From: Candidatus Hodarchaeota archaeon
GTDB taxonomy: Archaea; Asgardarchaeota; Lokiarchaeia; Sigyniarchaeales; SOKP01
DNA length: 64,000 bases
Assembly: GCA_048886685.1 (NCBI GenBank)
Contig: JBHLKM010000002.1
Coordinates: 7,532-71,531 of the forward strand
Direction of reading: 5' to 3'
How positions within the stretch are numbered: position 1 is the first letter of the stretch; the number at the start of each line of letters is the position of its first letter. This document shows, piece by piece, positions 32,047 through 41,029 of the stretch. Both the position numbers and the translations under genes were made by a program. The notes under the pieces are model-generated. The model had not been told where the DNA came from, searched no databases, and worked only from the letters and a program-made list of their open reading frames with translations.

Positions 32047-32964
32047 ATGAGTAGTGAAACCCAAAATCCTTTGTTATTCAAGATATCTATTCTAGGAGAT
32101 GAAGGGATTGGCAAAGATAAATTTATTAATTTATTTGCCAAAAGCCAATTTTTAGAAGAATCAGATGCTGAATCAGGTGTCACTTCTTATAACGGCAAAA
32201 TAACTATTGATACAGACGAGGGTCAGCAGGAGTGTGTCATTTGGATTTGTAATATTGAAGGAAAAAAAAGATTTAAAACGTCATATTCTACTTATTTGGA
32301 AGAAAGTCATGGGATTATGATATTTTTTGATTTGACAAATCGAAAGTCATTTGACAATTTACCAAATTGGATTGATGATATTAAAGAAGAGCGTAAATCT
32401 AAAGTTCCTATCCTCCTTGTTGGTAATACAGAAAAATCTAAAGAGTTTGTTGTTTCACCTAAGGAGATTAACAGTCTTATTCGAAAGTTTAATTTATACT
32501 ATATAGAAACTTCCCTAACGGCAAGAGAAGGAGTTTTTGACAGCTTTTATTGTATTACGAGCTTATCACTTGGAATTAATGTTAATAGTAAATTTTTTCT
32601 AACTAAAGATGTCGTTTATTATCCATCATCAAGCTTAGCTGAATCAATTCCTACAACCCAAATATTATCTTCTCAAGATCTTAGTAATTTGGGACACAAA
32701 GCAATTTTTGAGAAAATAGATAGACTAGAGGAAAAAATTAAAAAATCAATGCAAATTGAGCTCCCGCATTATATAATTCTTGCAGCTATATTTTTATCCA
32801 TTTCTTCACTTATTTTATTATTTATACAAGATTCCTTGTATATCCTACCAAGAAATCATCCTGGAAGAAGTTACGTTGATCTCATTCTTTGGACAGCAAT
32901 GGGATTTGAAATTGTGTTTGTAGTTTTGATTATAATAAGTTATGTTAAACGATATAAAATATAA
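32047..32964 (+). CDS. Rab-like small GTPase domain with two C-terminal TM helices, degenerate G motifs
   Basis: FKISILGDEGIGK, GIMIFFDLTNRKSF, ILLVGN, YIETS; two hydrophobic segments at the C-terminus. Confidence 0.85.
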   Translation: MSSETQNPLLFKISILGDEGIGKDKFINLFAKSQFLEESDAESGVTSYNGKITIDTDEGQQECVIWICNIEGKKRFKTSYSTYLEESHGIMIFFDLTNRKSFDNLPNWIDDIKEERKSKVPILLVGNTEKSKEFVVSPKEINSLIRKFNLYYIETSLTAREGVFDSFYCITSLSLGINVNSKFFLTKDVVYYPSSSLAESIPTTQILSSQDLSNLGHKAIFEKIDRLEEKIKKSMQIELPHYIILAAIFLSISSLILLFIQDSLYILPRNHPGRSYVDLILWTAMGFEIVFVVLIIISYVKRYKI

Positions 32965-33065
32965 TAGATATATTACTGAGCAAATAAATGTGTTAGATGT
33001 AAAATTACAATTTAGGGCAATAAAGAATATTTTTTAAGTTAAATTAAGATAAAAAATGATAAACT

Positions 33066-34043
33066 ATGCCTATCAATACATCAAATCCTTTATTGTTTAG
33101 GATATCCATTATTGGTGAGGAAGGGATCGGTAAAGACATATTTATTAATGCTTTTACATCTAATCAATTCCTAAAAGAATCAGATACAGGCTTAGGTGTT
33201 GCATTTTACAAAGGAAGTCTAATATTAGATGCAGAAAAAGGACAGCAAGAGTGTGTCATTTGGATTTGGGATCTTAAAGAGCGGGAAGGTTATAAGAATT
33301 TACATTCTCGTTATTTGAAAGGAACTAATGGGATTATGCTTTTTTTTGATCTTACTAATCGTAAATCTTTTAACAAAATCCCTGATTGGATTAAGAATAT
33401 TAGAAATAGTGTTAATATTGAAATTCCAATCCTTCTTGTTGGTAATCGAGGAGTTACAAAAAAATTTTTAGTTTCACCTAACGAAATTAACAATATTATA
33501 CGAGAATTCAATTTATTCTATATTGAAACCTCCCTAACAACAAAAGAAGGAATTTATGATAGTTTTTATTGTATGATCAGTTTAACACTTGGGGTAGAGG
33601 TCGATCATCAATTTTTTTTATCAAAAGATATTATCTATTATCCACAATCAAGTCTAGCATTAAAAACTTCTACAACTGAATTGTTAACTTCCCAAGATTT
33701 AAGTAAGTTAAGTCAGCAAGCAATTTTTAGAAAAATAGAGTCTTTAGAAGAAACCTATGAAAGATCGACACAAATAAAAATACCTATTAAATTGTTAGTA
33801 TCTGAAGTAGTTTTATCTATTGGAGTAATATCCTTTTTTATTATTGAGCATTTTTTACGTATGCTTCTTTATGAGTTTCCAGAAGATTTTGAGTATGTAG
33901 ATCTCATTCCTGAACTATGGTCTGTTAGGACAGCGGATCTAATTAAGTTTCTTCTTCTTACCGGTACCACAATGCAATTATTCATCGCTATTTCTATCAT
34001 AGTCAGTTATATTAAAAGTACTCTTAAAAAGACCACTTTTTGA
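33066..34043 (+). CDS. Rab-like small GTPase domain with two C-terminal TM helices (tandem paralog)
   Basis: GEEGIGK, IWIWDL, FFDLTNRKSF, ILLVGN, YIETS; clearly paralogous to 32047-32964. Confidence 0.85.
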   Translation: MPINTSNPLLFRISIIGEEGIGKDIFINAFTSNQFLKESDTGLGVAFYKGSLILDAEKGQQECVIWIWDLKEREGYKNLHSRYLKGTNGIMLFFDLTNRKSFNKIPDWIKNIRNSVNIEIPILLVGNRGVTKKFLVSPNEINNIIREFNLFYIETSLTTKEGIYDSFYCMISLTLGVEVDHQFFLSKDIIYYPQSSLALKTSTTELLTSQDLSKLSQQAIFRKIESLEETYERSTQIKIPIKLLVSEVVLSIGVISFFIIEHFLRMLLYEFPEDFEYVDLIPELWSVRTADLIKFLLLTGTTMQLFIAISIIVSYIKSTLKKTTF

Positions 34044-34103
34044 AGTTCTTTAGAATCTGTGGAATGATAGTTAAACTATTTCTATCTACAAATAGTGTTT
34101 TAA

Positions 34104-34214
34104 GTGGGATGTTTTCCAGCTAATGACATAGTTAATGCTCTTTTTATTCTCGCAATTATAATACAAATTGAAGTGATCATTCCTATTATTATTGGTTATA
34201 TTAAGAATCGCTGA
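34104..34214 (+). pseudogene. Relic of the last TM helix of a third Rab-TM paralog
   Basis: ANDIVNALFILAIIIQIEVIIPIIIGYIKNR* aligns without gaps to TADLIKFLLLTGTTMQLFIAISIIVSYIKST of the upstream gene. Confidence 0.5.
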
Positions 34215-34365
34215 ATCTATTTAAAAACCTATTAAAAATTTTTTGATACTAAATATTTAAGTGTTCACAAAAAAGTAGTAATTTAAATATAAAATCTATA
34301 TTTTTCATAACAAAAATCAAATTATTAGCACAAATTAAGAATTGATAAAATGATTGCTGACGATT

Positions 34366-34479
34366 TCACTGACGGGAATCTTCTCTAACAATAGATCCAA
34401 ATAAAGAAGCTCTTTTAACATCATGCTCTTTTAATTTCACTATAATTTTTTCTCTATACTTTTCAATTTGAGAGACCAT
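34366..34479 (-). pseudogene. Truncated minimal nucleotidyltransferase (MntA-type antitoxin)
   Basis: MVSQIEKYREKIIVKLKEHDVKRASLFGSIVREDSRQ*: typical MNT N-terminus that stops before the DxD motif. Confidence 0.7.
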
Positions 34480-34668
34480 TTTATTTGTCAGACTATTCTA
34501 ATGTTTAGCTTATCTTTACTAAGTATTATCTTCACTAAGCTTAAAAACCTTATTTATTATTATTGCTTTTACGTTTAAAAACATCAGCCTTCATTGGATG
34601 TTCAGCAATCTAGATACTATTTTACAAATATCATCGTGAAACGATGATTTCACGAAAAATGTGATTGC

Positions 34669-34728
34669 AGAGAAAATAATTCTTCAGTCTTACTAGTTGG
34701 CAATAAAATAGATTTAGCAAAACATCGA
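34669..34728 (+). pseudogene. Small GTPase relic (G4 region)
   Basis: RENNSSVLLVGNKIDLAKHR in an otherwise closed region; canonical Rab G4 context. Confidence 0.5.
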
Positions 34729-34797
34729 GGATATAAAATTCTTTTTCCCGAAATATGCCGCAGCTAAGGATGGATTAGAAATAATGCTGTACTAATT

Positions 34798-35355
34798 TTA
34801 AATTTTCCAATTATTCAAAATTTCTATTGTGTTTTGAGAAGGGAAATTTATTAATAATTTTATCATTATCTCGAAGGCTTTTATCACATTTTCTCCAGAT
34901 TTGGCTGATACTTCGAGAAAAGCGGCAAGGTTATATTTTGTTGCGGTTCGTATTCCTTCAAGGTATGATACTTCTCTTAGATCATATAAATCTGATTTAG
35001 AACCGATTAAAATTATTGGAATGTCTCCTGCATTTTCCCTTATCATTTGAATCCAATCGACTAGGTTCTCTAACGATTCTATATTTGTAATATCATAAAT
35101 AAAAAAAGCTCCATTTGCATCTTTACAGTATTGCGAAAATAAAGATGGTAATTTTAAATCGATCCCCAATTCCCATATCTGTAATTTTATTTCTTTATTT
35201 TTGAAAAATGCTGTTTTTAAATAATATTCAACCCCAATTGATAATTTTCTATCTGGGTTGAATAAACCAGAGGAATATCGTCTTACAAAAGAATGTTTGC
35301 TCCCAGAGGCGTCACCAATGATTAAAACCTTGAATATATAATCAGCTATCGCCAT
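34798..35355 (-). CDS. Rab-like small GTPase with degenerate P-loop
   Basis: ATG at 35355 (MAIADYIFKVLIIGD) preferred over the track's TTG at 35403; IKLQIWELG, YDITN..S, IGSKSDL and EVSAKSGENV. Confidence 0.85.
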   Translation of the reverse strand: MAIADYIFKVLIIGDASGSKHSFVRRYSSGLFNPDRKLSIGVEYYLKTAFFKNKEIKLQIWELGIDLKLPSLFSQYCKDANGAFFIYDITNIESLENLVDWIQMIRENAGDIPIILIGSKSDLYDLREVSYLEGIRTATKYNLAAFLEVSAKSGENVIKAFEIMIKLLINFPSQNTIEILNNWKI

Positions 35356-35622
35356 CTTATTTATTGAACCCCAATATCCTAATTTTAAACCTCTTATACC
35401 CAAATATCAGAAAAAAATTCACTTATTTATAATTAACACTTCTTTCCTTATTTCACGTGAAAAAAGGGAATTGATTAATAATCTCAAGAATTTCTATTTT
35501 CAAACAAACAAAGTAAGGATACGAGAAAATAGCGAAATCTAACAAATAAGTATATCTATATACTTTGTTTGAATAATAATTAATCATATAGCAAAAGAAG
35601 TTGATTAAAAATTTCAGAACAA

Positions 35623-36708
35623 TTGTGGCAAAAGGTAACAAGAAATTTTGTAAATGCAGGAGGTGCGCCTATCCCTATAAGTGATACACTAATAAAGCTA
35701 ATTCAGATTCTAGTTAATGAAGATCAAGCAAAATTTCTATTAATTTTTAGGAAGCGTGCATTAAATATTGACCAGATTAAAACTAAAACCGATTTAGACG
35801 ATATAGCACTAAAAAAGATGCTCAATGAATTAATGGATAATGGGATAATAACTGGAATTCCAAGTAGGAGTACTGGAATTATGGTTTATTCTTTAGTGTC
35901 TGTCCTTCCGGGTTTAATGGAGTATCCTTTTATGAGAGGTGAAAAAGGTCAAAAACAGAAGGAACTAGCTAAATTAATGGATAAAATATTTGATGAATTG
36001 AGCCACTTAACTCAAAGTAATTACGAAGTACTTGTGGAGCAATTTAAGGGTGGAAATCCATTGGATAGGGTCGTACCTGTTGAAGAGGAACTCGAACCAT
36101 ATCTAGACGTGGTGTTGCCTTATGAAGGCATTAAAAGTATTATAGAAAGAAATGAAATTATTAGTATTAATCATTGCTATTGTAGAAATTGGAAAGATAA
36201 TTTACAAGAACCATGTAAACTAGAAAGTCCTGAATTAAGTTGCTTTCAATTTGGGAGATACGCCCAATTTCTTATAGAACACAAATTTAGTAAGCCAGTT
36301 ACAAAAGAAGAAGCATTAAAAATATTGAAAGAAGCTGAGGATAATGGTCTTTTACACAAAGCTTTTCATGGGAGGAATCCTGGACAGGAAGAAGACGCAT
36401 TTTGTAACTGCTGTAGTTGTTGTTGCCAGCTTTTTCAACTTTATAAGCGAGGAATATTCCCTTTTCATACATTAACATATTATATAGTAAAAATAGATGA
36501 AACCAAATGCACAGGATGTGGAACTTGTGCTCAAAAATGTCCCATAGAAGCAATTGAATTAATAGATAATCTTTCTATCACTAATCTTGAGAGATGCATA
36601 GGTTGTGGGTTATGTGCTTATCATTGTCCTGAGAAAGCTAGGAGTTTAGAAAGAATAGGACTTAGAGAAGTGTGTATCCCCCCTCCACAAATAGTTCCGA
36701 TTAATTAA
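35623..36708 (+). CDS. 4Fe-4S dicluster protein with N-terminal HTH-like region
   Basis: CYCR, CNCCSCCC and two CxxCxxCxxxCP ferredoxin motifs. Confidence 0.88.
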   Translation: MWQKVTRNFVNAGGAPIPISDTLIKLIQILVNEDQAKFLLIFRKRALNIDQIKTKTDLDDIALKKMLNELMDNGIITGIPSRSTGIMVYSLVSVLPGLMEYPFMRGEKGQKQKELAKLMDKIFDELSHLTQSNYEVLVEQFKGGNPLDRVVPVEEELEPYLDVVLPYEGIKSIIERNEIISINHCYCRNWKDNLQEPCKLESPELSCFQFGRYAQFLIEHKFSKPVTKEEALKILKEAEDNGLLHKAFHGRNPGQEEDAFCNCCSCCCQLFQLYKRGIFPFHTLTYYIVKIDETKCTGCGTCAQKCPIEAIELIDNLSITNLERCIGCGLCAYHCPEKARSLERIGLREVCIPPPQIVPIN

Positions 36709-36917
36709 AATTCTATTCGCACTAATTTTTATCTATGTATTCAATTTTAGCAGATATTAGTTATTAGCTATGAAATTATTATTTATCATTAAATAAGTTG
36801 TTTGCAAGTTTTTTTAACTTTCAAATGCTATTTATAATAATTAAAATAATATGGTAATTCCTTATCGGACGATTTAAACTCACTACTGTCAAATTTAAAG
36901 ATCTTGCACCCATTATT

Positions 36918-39140
36918 TTGGTAATGCTATTGCTTTTCGTCTCGATAGCATGTGCCAATATGCTCATTCCTAGTTATGCTGCTATAAGAGAAGAGTTTGA
37001 AATCCCTAAAGCGTTAATAGCAATCCCAGATGCATTTTTTGTTTTAATAAGCGCATTTTTTGCCTTATTATGGGGATATTGGGCAGATCGAATTGATAGA
37101 GGAAAAGTATTAGTTGCAGGAGCATTTTCATGGACTTTTGGGATGCTTTTAACGGCGTTTTCAAATTCGTATCTAATGTTAGTAATCTCCAGAGTATCGA
37201 GTGGAGCCGGATTAGGTTGCGTTTTACCTGTTGGGTATTCTATTATCTCAGATGCGATTCCTGCTGAAGAAAGATCTGGTTGGTTTGGTACTTTGGCTAT
37301 TCTAAGCTCGATATCTAACGGGGCTGGACAAGGGCTTTCTTCTTTCTTGGGTCCTATTTTTAGTTGGAGGTTTCCTTTTCTCTTACTTGCTGTGATTAGT
37401 GTAATTGTAATTATTGTACTTTTTTTTGTAAAAATCCCTCAAAGAGGAGCGGGAGAAAATGAACTTCTAGATTTAGTCGAATTAGATTTAGAATATAGTT
37501 ATCGTATTTCTAAAGAGGATTTAGGTGCTATTATCAAAAAAAAGACAAATCTCTATTTGATAATTCAAGGTTTTTTTTCTATTATCCCTGGGACTGTGCT
37601 CGTATATTTTACAACTTCGATGTTAGTTACTGATTTTTTTAATGATATACCTAGTGAAATACAACTGCAAACAGCTACCATCTTTGCAGGAATGATCGGT
37701 GTTGGTTATATTCTTGGTAATGCTGTATTTGCTCGTTTAGGAGACATCTTATTTAGAAAAAATAAAAAAAATAGAGCTAGGTTAGCTACTTTATGTTTAA
37801 TACTTTCAATTCCTTTTGCTATAATTTTACTTATCTCATTAAGGCCAATAAATGCGAGCAACCTAAATATTAACTATCCTCTATCTCCTGATACAATTTC
37901 CACAGATCAATTGTGGAGTTATATCTTCAGGACCATTGGAGCGATATTTGTTGCCTATCCAACATATATTATCTTTTTTATATTTGCATTAATGGCCTCA
38001 ATGTTAGGGGCAGGACCAGTTGCTAATAGAAATGCTGTTATGATAGATGTGAACATGCCAGAACATAAGGGGACTTCAGCTTCTTTTTTTAAACTCTCCG
38101 AACAGATAAGTAAAGGAATAACTCTTTTAATATCATATACCCTCATTTCTATATTAGGAAGTGTATTCAACATGCTTTTTGTTACTGTGTTTTTTTGGCT
38201 TCCTGCAGCAGTTTTATGGTATCTTGCAAGTAGAAATGTAGAAAAAGATATGAATTATAAATCTAGAATTTTATCAGAACGAAAACAAGTGGGAGTAATT
38301 GATTATATCTTCGAAGTAGAAATTCAAATGGATAGAGCAATTCAAAAGGTACAAGATTCAAGATATTATATACATACTAATCAAGAAAAATTCAATGAAT
38401 TACTTGAAGATGCTTTAAAAATTTTTAAATTCTGTGAACATGAAGGTGAATCTCGAAGTATTACAAATATTGAAAAAAAAGCACATATAATGTATTTAAG
38501 AGTTTTATTAATCAAACATGAAACAAATAACATATTTAAGAAACTTAACTCTCCTGATCTTACAGAATCTGAAATTACTCGCTTAAAAAAGGAACTAAGT
38601 AAAAATTCTATTAAAATTAGTGAATGGGAGAAAAGTACTTTTGGAGAAATTCAAACATATTATGAGGATGCTAGTTTAAAAATTATTGAGGCAAGACTTA
38701 ATCGTAAAAAGAATTTAATTAAGGGACTACATAAGATTTCAGAAGCTATTAAAATTTATGAACGAATAAAATATCTACTAAATGAAAGACTTGAAATTAT
38801 AGAAGAAAGTCAAGAATTATCAGAAGAAGAAACTATCGTTAGAGACAAGGAACAAGAATTATATGATAAATGTATCAAATCTTTAAATGCTACAATTAAG
38901 CTAAAGGAAGAAATTGAATATGCCTTAAATCAGTTAAAAGAAAAAGGGATTCAACAGGAAGATTTAACGAAAATCTCTAATCTTACACAAGAATATGAAG
39001 TAGATCTCTATAATGTGATAGTAGATACATTTAAACAAGATGAACAAACCAAAAATGCACTTATAGATACATTAGAAAAAATAGATGATCTTTTTAATCA
39101 ATATGATAACTGGAGAGAAGTAGATCTTACTGTATTTTAA
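36918..39140 (+). CDS. MFS transporter fused to a ~290 aa soluble helical C-terminal domain
   Basis: Motif A WGYWADRIDRGK, IISD..P.EERS..FG and about 12 TMs; long charged helical tail. Confidence 0.88.
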   Translation: MVMLLLFVSIACANMLIPSYAAIREEFEIPKALIAIPDAFFVLISAFFALLWGYWADRIDRGKVLVAGAFSWTFGMLLTAFSNSYLMLVISRVSSGAGLGCVLPVGYSIISDAIPAEERSGWFGTLAILSSISNGAGQGLSSFLGPIFSWRFPFLLLAVISVIVIIVLFFVKIPQRGAGENELLDLVELDLEYSYRISKEDLGAIIKKKTNLYLIIQGFFSIIPGTVLVYFTTSMLVTDFFNDIPSEIQLQTATIFAGMIGVGYILGNAVFARLGDILFRKNKKNRARLATLCLILSIPFAIILLISLRPINASNLNINYPLSPDTISTDQLWSYIFRTIGAIFVAYPTYIIFFIFALMASMLGAGPVANRNAVMIDVNMPEHKGTSASFFKLSEQISKGITLLISYTLISILGSVFNMLFVTVFFWLPAAVLWYLASRNVEKDMNYKSRILSERKQVGVIDYIFEVEIQMDRAIQKVQDSRYYIHTNQEKFNELLEDALKIFKFCEHEGESRSITNIEKKAHIMYLRVLLIKHETNNIFKKLNSPDLTESEITRLKKELSKNSIKISEWEKSTFGEIQTYYEDASLKIIEARLNRKKNLIKGLHKISEAIKIYERIKYLLNERLEIIEESQELSEEETIVRDKEQELYDKCIKSLNATIKLKEEIEYALNQLKEKGIQQEDLTKISNLTQEYEVDLYNVIVDTFKQDEQTKNALIDTLEKIDDLFNQYDNWREVDLTVF

Positions 39141-39146
39141 TGTTTT

Positions 39147-39419
39147 TTAATTATATACCTCCCACCTTAAAACATCAAGCATCTGAATTCTTTCATCTTC
39201 TGAAAGGTCTTGGGATTGTTTTCCTATACGATCTGTATAATCGCAATATTCTTGTTCAAGATATAGGTTTATTAAAAGGATTAAGCAATTTCTAACTCTT
39301 AAAGCATTTGATATTCCATCTTCGAGATCTTTCATCAACTTAATAATAATCTTATATTGCATTAAATCGGACTTGCTACTCTCTTTTAAGATTTTATCGA
39401 AACAATCGTCCATTTTCAA
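39147..39419 (-). CDS. Hypothetical protein
   Basis: 90 aa helical ORF convergent with the MFS gene. Confidence 0.6.
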   Translation of the reverse strand: MKMDDCFDKILKESSKSDLMQYKIIIKLMKDLEDGISNALRVRNCLILLINLYLEQEYCDYTDRIGKQSQDLSEDERIQMLDVLRWEVYN

Positions 39420-39522
39420 GAAAAAAAATCTAAATTTTTAACTCAATTCAGCATTATCTCTTTATCTTAAGATTTTACATAAAGAATCATCAATTTAAAA
39501 GTATCTATATTCTTTTTTTTCC

Positions 39523-39545
39523 CGAGATAAAAGGTCTTTATCTCG
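39523..39545. promoter_or_regulatory. Perfect 9-bp inverted repeat (operator or terminator hairpin)
   Basis: CGAGATAAA-aggtc-TTTATCTCG, intergenic, flanked by T runs. Confidence 0.35.
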
Positions 39546-39626
39546 TTTTTCCTATGATAAAAAGTAACTTTTTTACTTGATTATAGACTATATTTCAATC
39601 AAAATTTTAGCAATCTACAACCCGTA

Positions 39627-40136
39627 CTACAATGGAAAAATAGCAATGTTATCCCTATCTTTTATAATATAGTCTTCATCATGGATTGGTTTACCATTAA
39701 CAATGACCTCAATCTTATCTCTTTTCTCAGAAAGTTTGTATTTATCTAATACTGAATTTATAGTACTACCTTCTGGCAAATCTACTATTGCTTCAGCAGG
39801 ACCGACTTCATTAAGTCCTTCATGAAATATGATTTTTGTATAAATAGATTTGATTTTTGTAATTTCTATAAACATTAATCCCATTCTCTTTGGAAATAAT
39901 CCTATCCTATCTCCATCCTTAACTAATTTTCCTGCACCACTATATATCCCATTGACAAAAATATGACTTATTTCATTCTCATTGATGCTTAACTGGTTAA
40001 GTATATCTAATACTGTTTTAAACTCATTAACCTCGATTAGTAAAGTATTTGGGATTCCTGCATCAACCTTCTTATGAAAGAATTTTTCTCTTAATTCTCC
40101 ATATAATTTTACAGATATTGGTATTTTATACACCAC
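39627..40136 (-). CDS. Tandem MoaD/ThiS (beta-grasp) domain protein
   Basis: Two repeats: VKLYGELR...IFVNG...KDGDRIGLFP and IIFHEGL...LPEGSTI...VIVNG...KDRDNIAIFP. Confidence 0.85.
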   Translation of the reverse strand: MVYKIPISVKLYGELREKFFHKKVDAGIPNTLLIEVNEFKTVLDILNQLSINENEISHIFVNGIYSGAGKLVKDGDRIGLFPKRMGLMFIEITKIKSIYTKIIFHEGLNEVGPAEAIVDLPEGSTINSVLDKYKLSEKRDKIEVIVNGKPIHDEDYIIKDRDNIAIFPL

Positions 40137-40307
40137 CTTTCTAAAAATAATTAATATTAGCTTAAAATTTATCAGTAAGTAGAAATAGCTCTGCTCTTAT
40201 AAATTGAACACGTTGTTCTTAATATAAATCTTTCTTTTATGAGCTAAAGTAGAACTTTTTTTAAAGTATGAACAGAAGAACTGAAATTTTTAGGTAAAAA
40301 AATACTC

Positions 40308-40862
40308 TTAGGGCCCTACTTCTAGGCTTTGTACAAAACTATCGATAGTTTGTTCTAAATCTATAATATCGTCTACTTCTTTAATATCACTTGATGCCAG
40401 TTTAGCAAGAAACTCTTTTAACAATTTTTCTTTATCTTTATCAGTTGGAAACAAAAGACTGCTTTTGTAATGTTCCCAATCTAGAATATTCGTGAAAATT
40501 AGAAACAAAATCTCAATGTGTGAATATTCAATTAAGCTTAGTAATTTATCCTTAGTAATCATAATTTTAGTATGATCCTTGTAGAAATCAGATAAATCAT
40601 CATAATAGTTTGTAAGTCTGGCAATGTTATCTAATTGTGAACGTAAAGCTGCTTTATTTATTGGACTATCTTCATCTTTATATAAAATATCAAAATAAGT
40701 CATTATAAAGTCTTTTAATTTTTGAAGCTTGGTTTGGAACACGCGAGTCTTTACAATTCGCTCGAACATGGGTGACTCACGGTCTTGGTAAAATTTAAGC
40801 TCAAACTTTACTATATCCAAAATATCAAAAAATAATTCCCTTATATCAATCTGTTCAGCCAT
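40308..40862 (-). CDS. Hypothetical protein
   Basis: 184 aa helical ORF with ATG start. Confidence 0.7.
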   Translation of the reverse strand: MAEQIDIRELFFDILDIVKFELKFYQDRESPMFERIVKTRVFQTKLQKLKDFIMTYFDILYKDEDSPINKAALRSQLDNIARLTNYYDDLSDFYKDHTKIMITKDKLLSLIEYSHIEILFLIFTNILDWEHYKSSLLFPTDKDKEKLLKEFLAKLASSDIKEVDDIIDLEQTIDSFVQSLEVGP

Positions 40863-41029
40863 AATTATAATCGTTCAATTATGATTTAAAAATTTATTAT
40901 ATTTAGGATGAAAATATCTAAACTTATTACAATTCTAAATAAGTTAAAAAATATTTATATTTTTATATTTAAAGATTGGATATACAACAATTTAAATTTC
41001 TCTCTAAAGTACATCATTTTCATTTTATC

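Noticed and set aside
35623-36708. Cys-rich Fe-S protein as a possible selenoprotein with a SECIS
   Set aside because: No in-frame TGA within the ORF, which ends in TAA.
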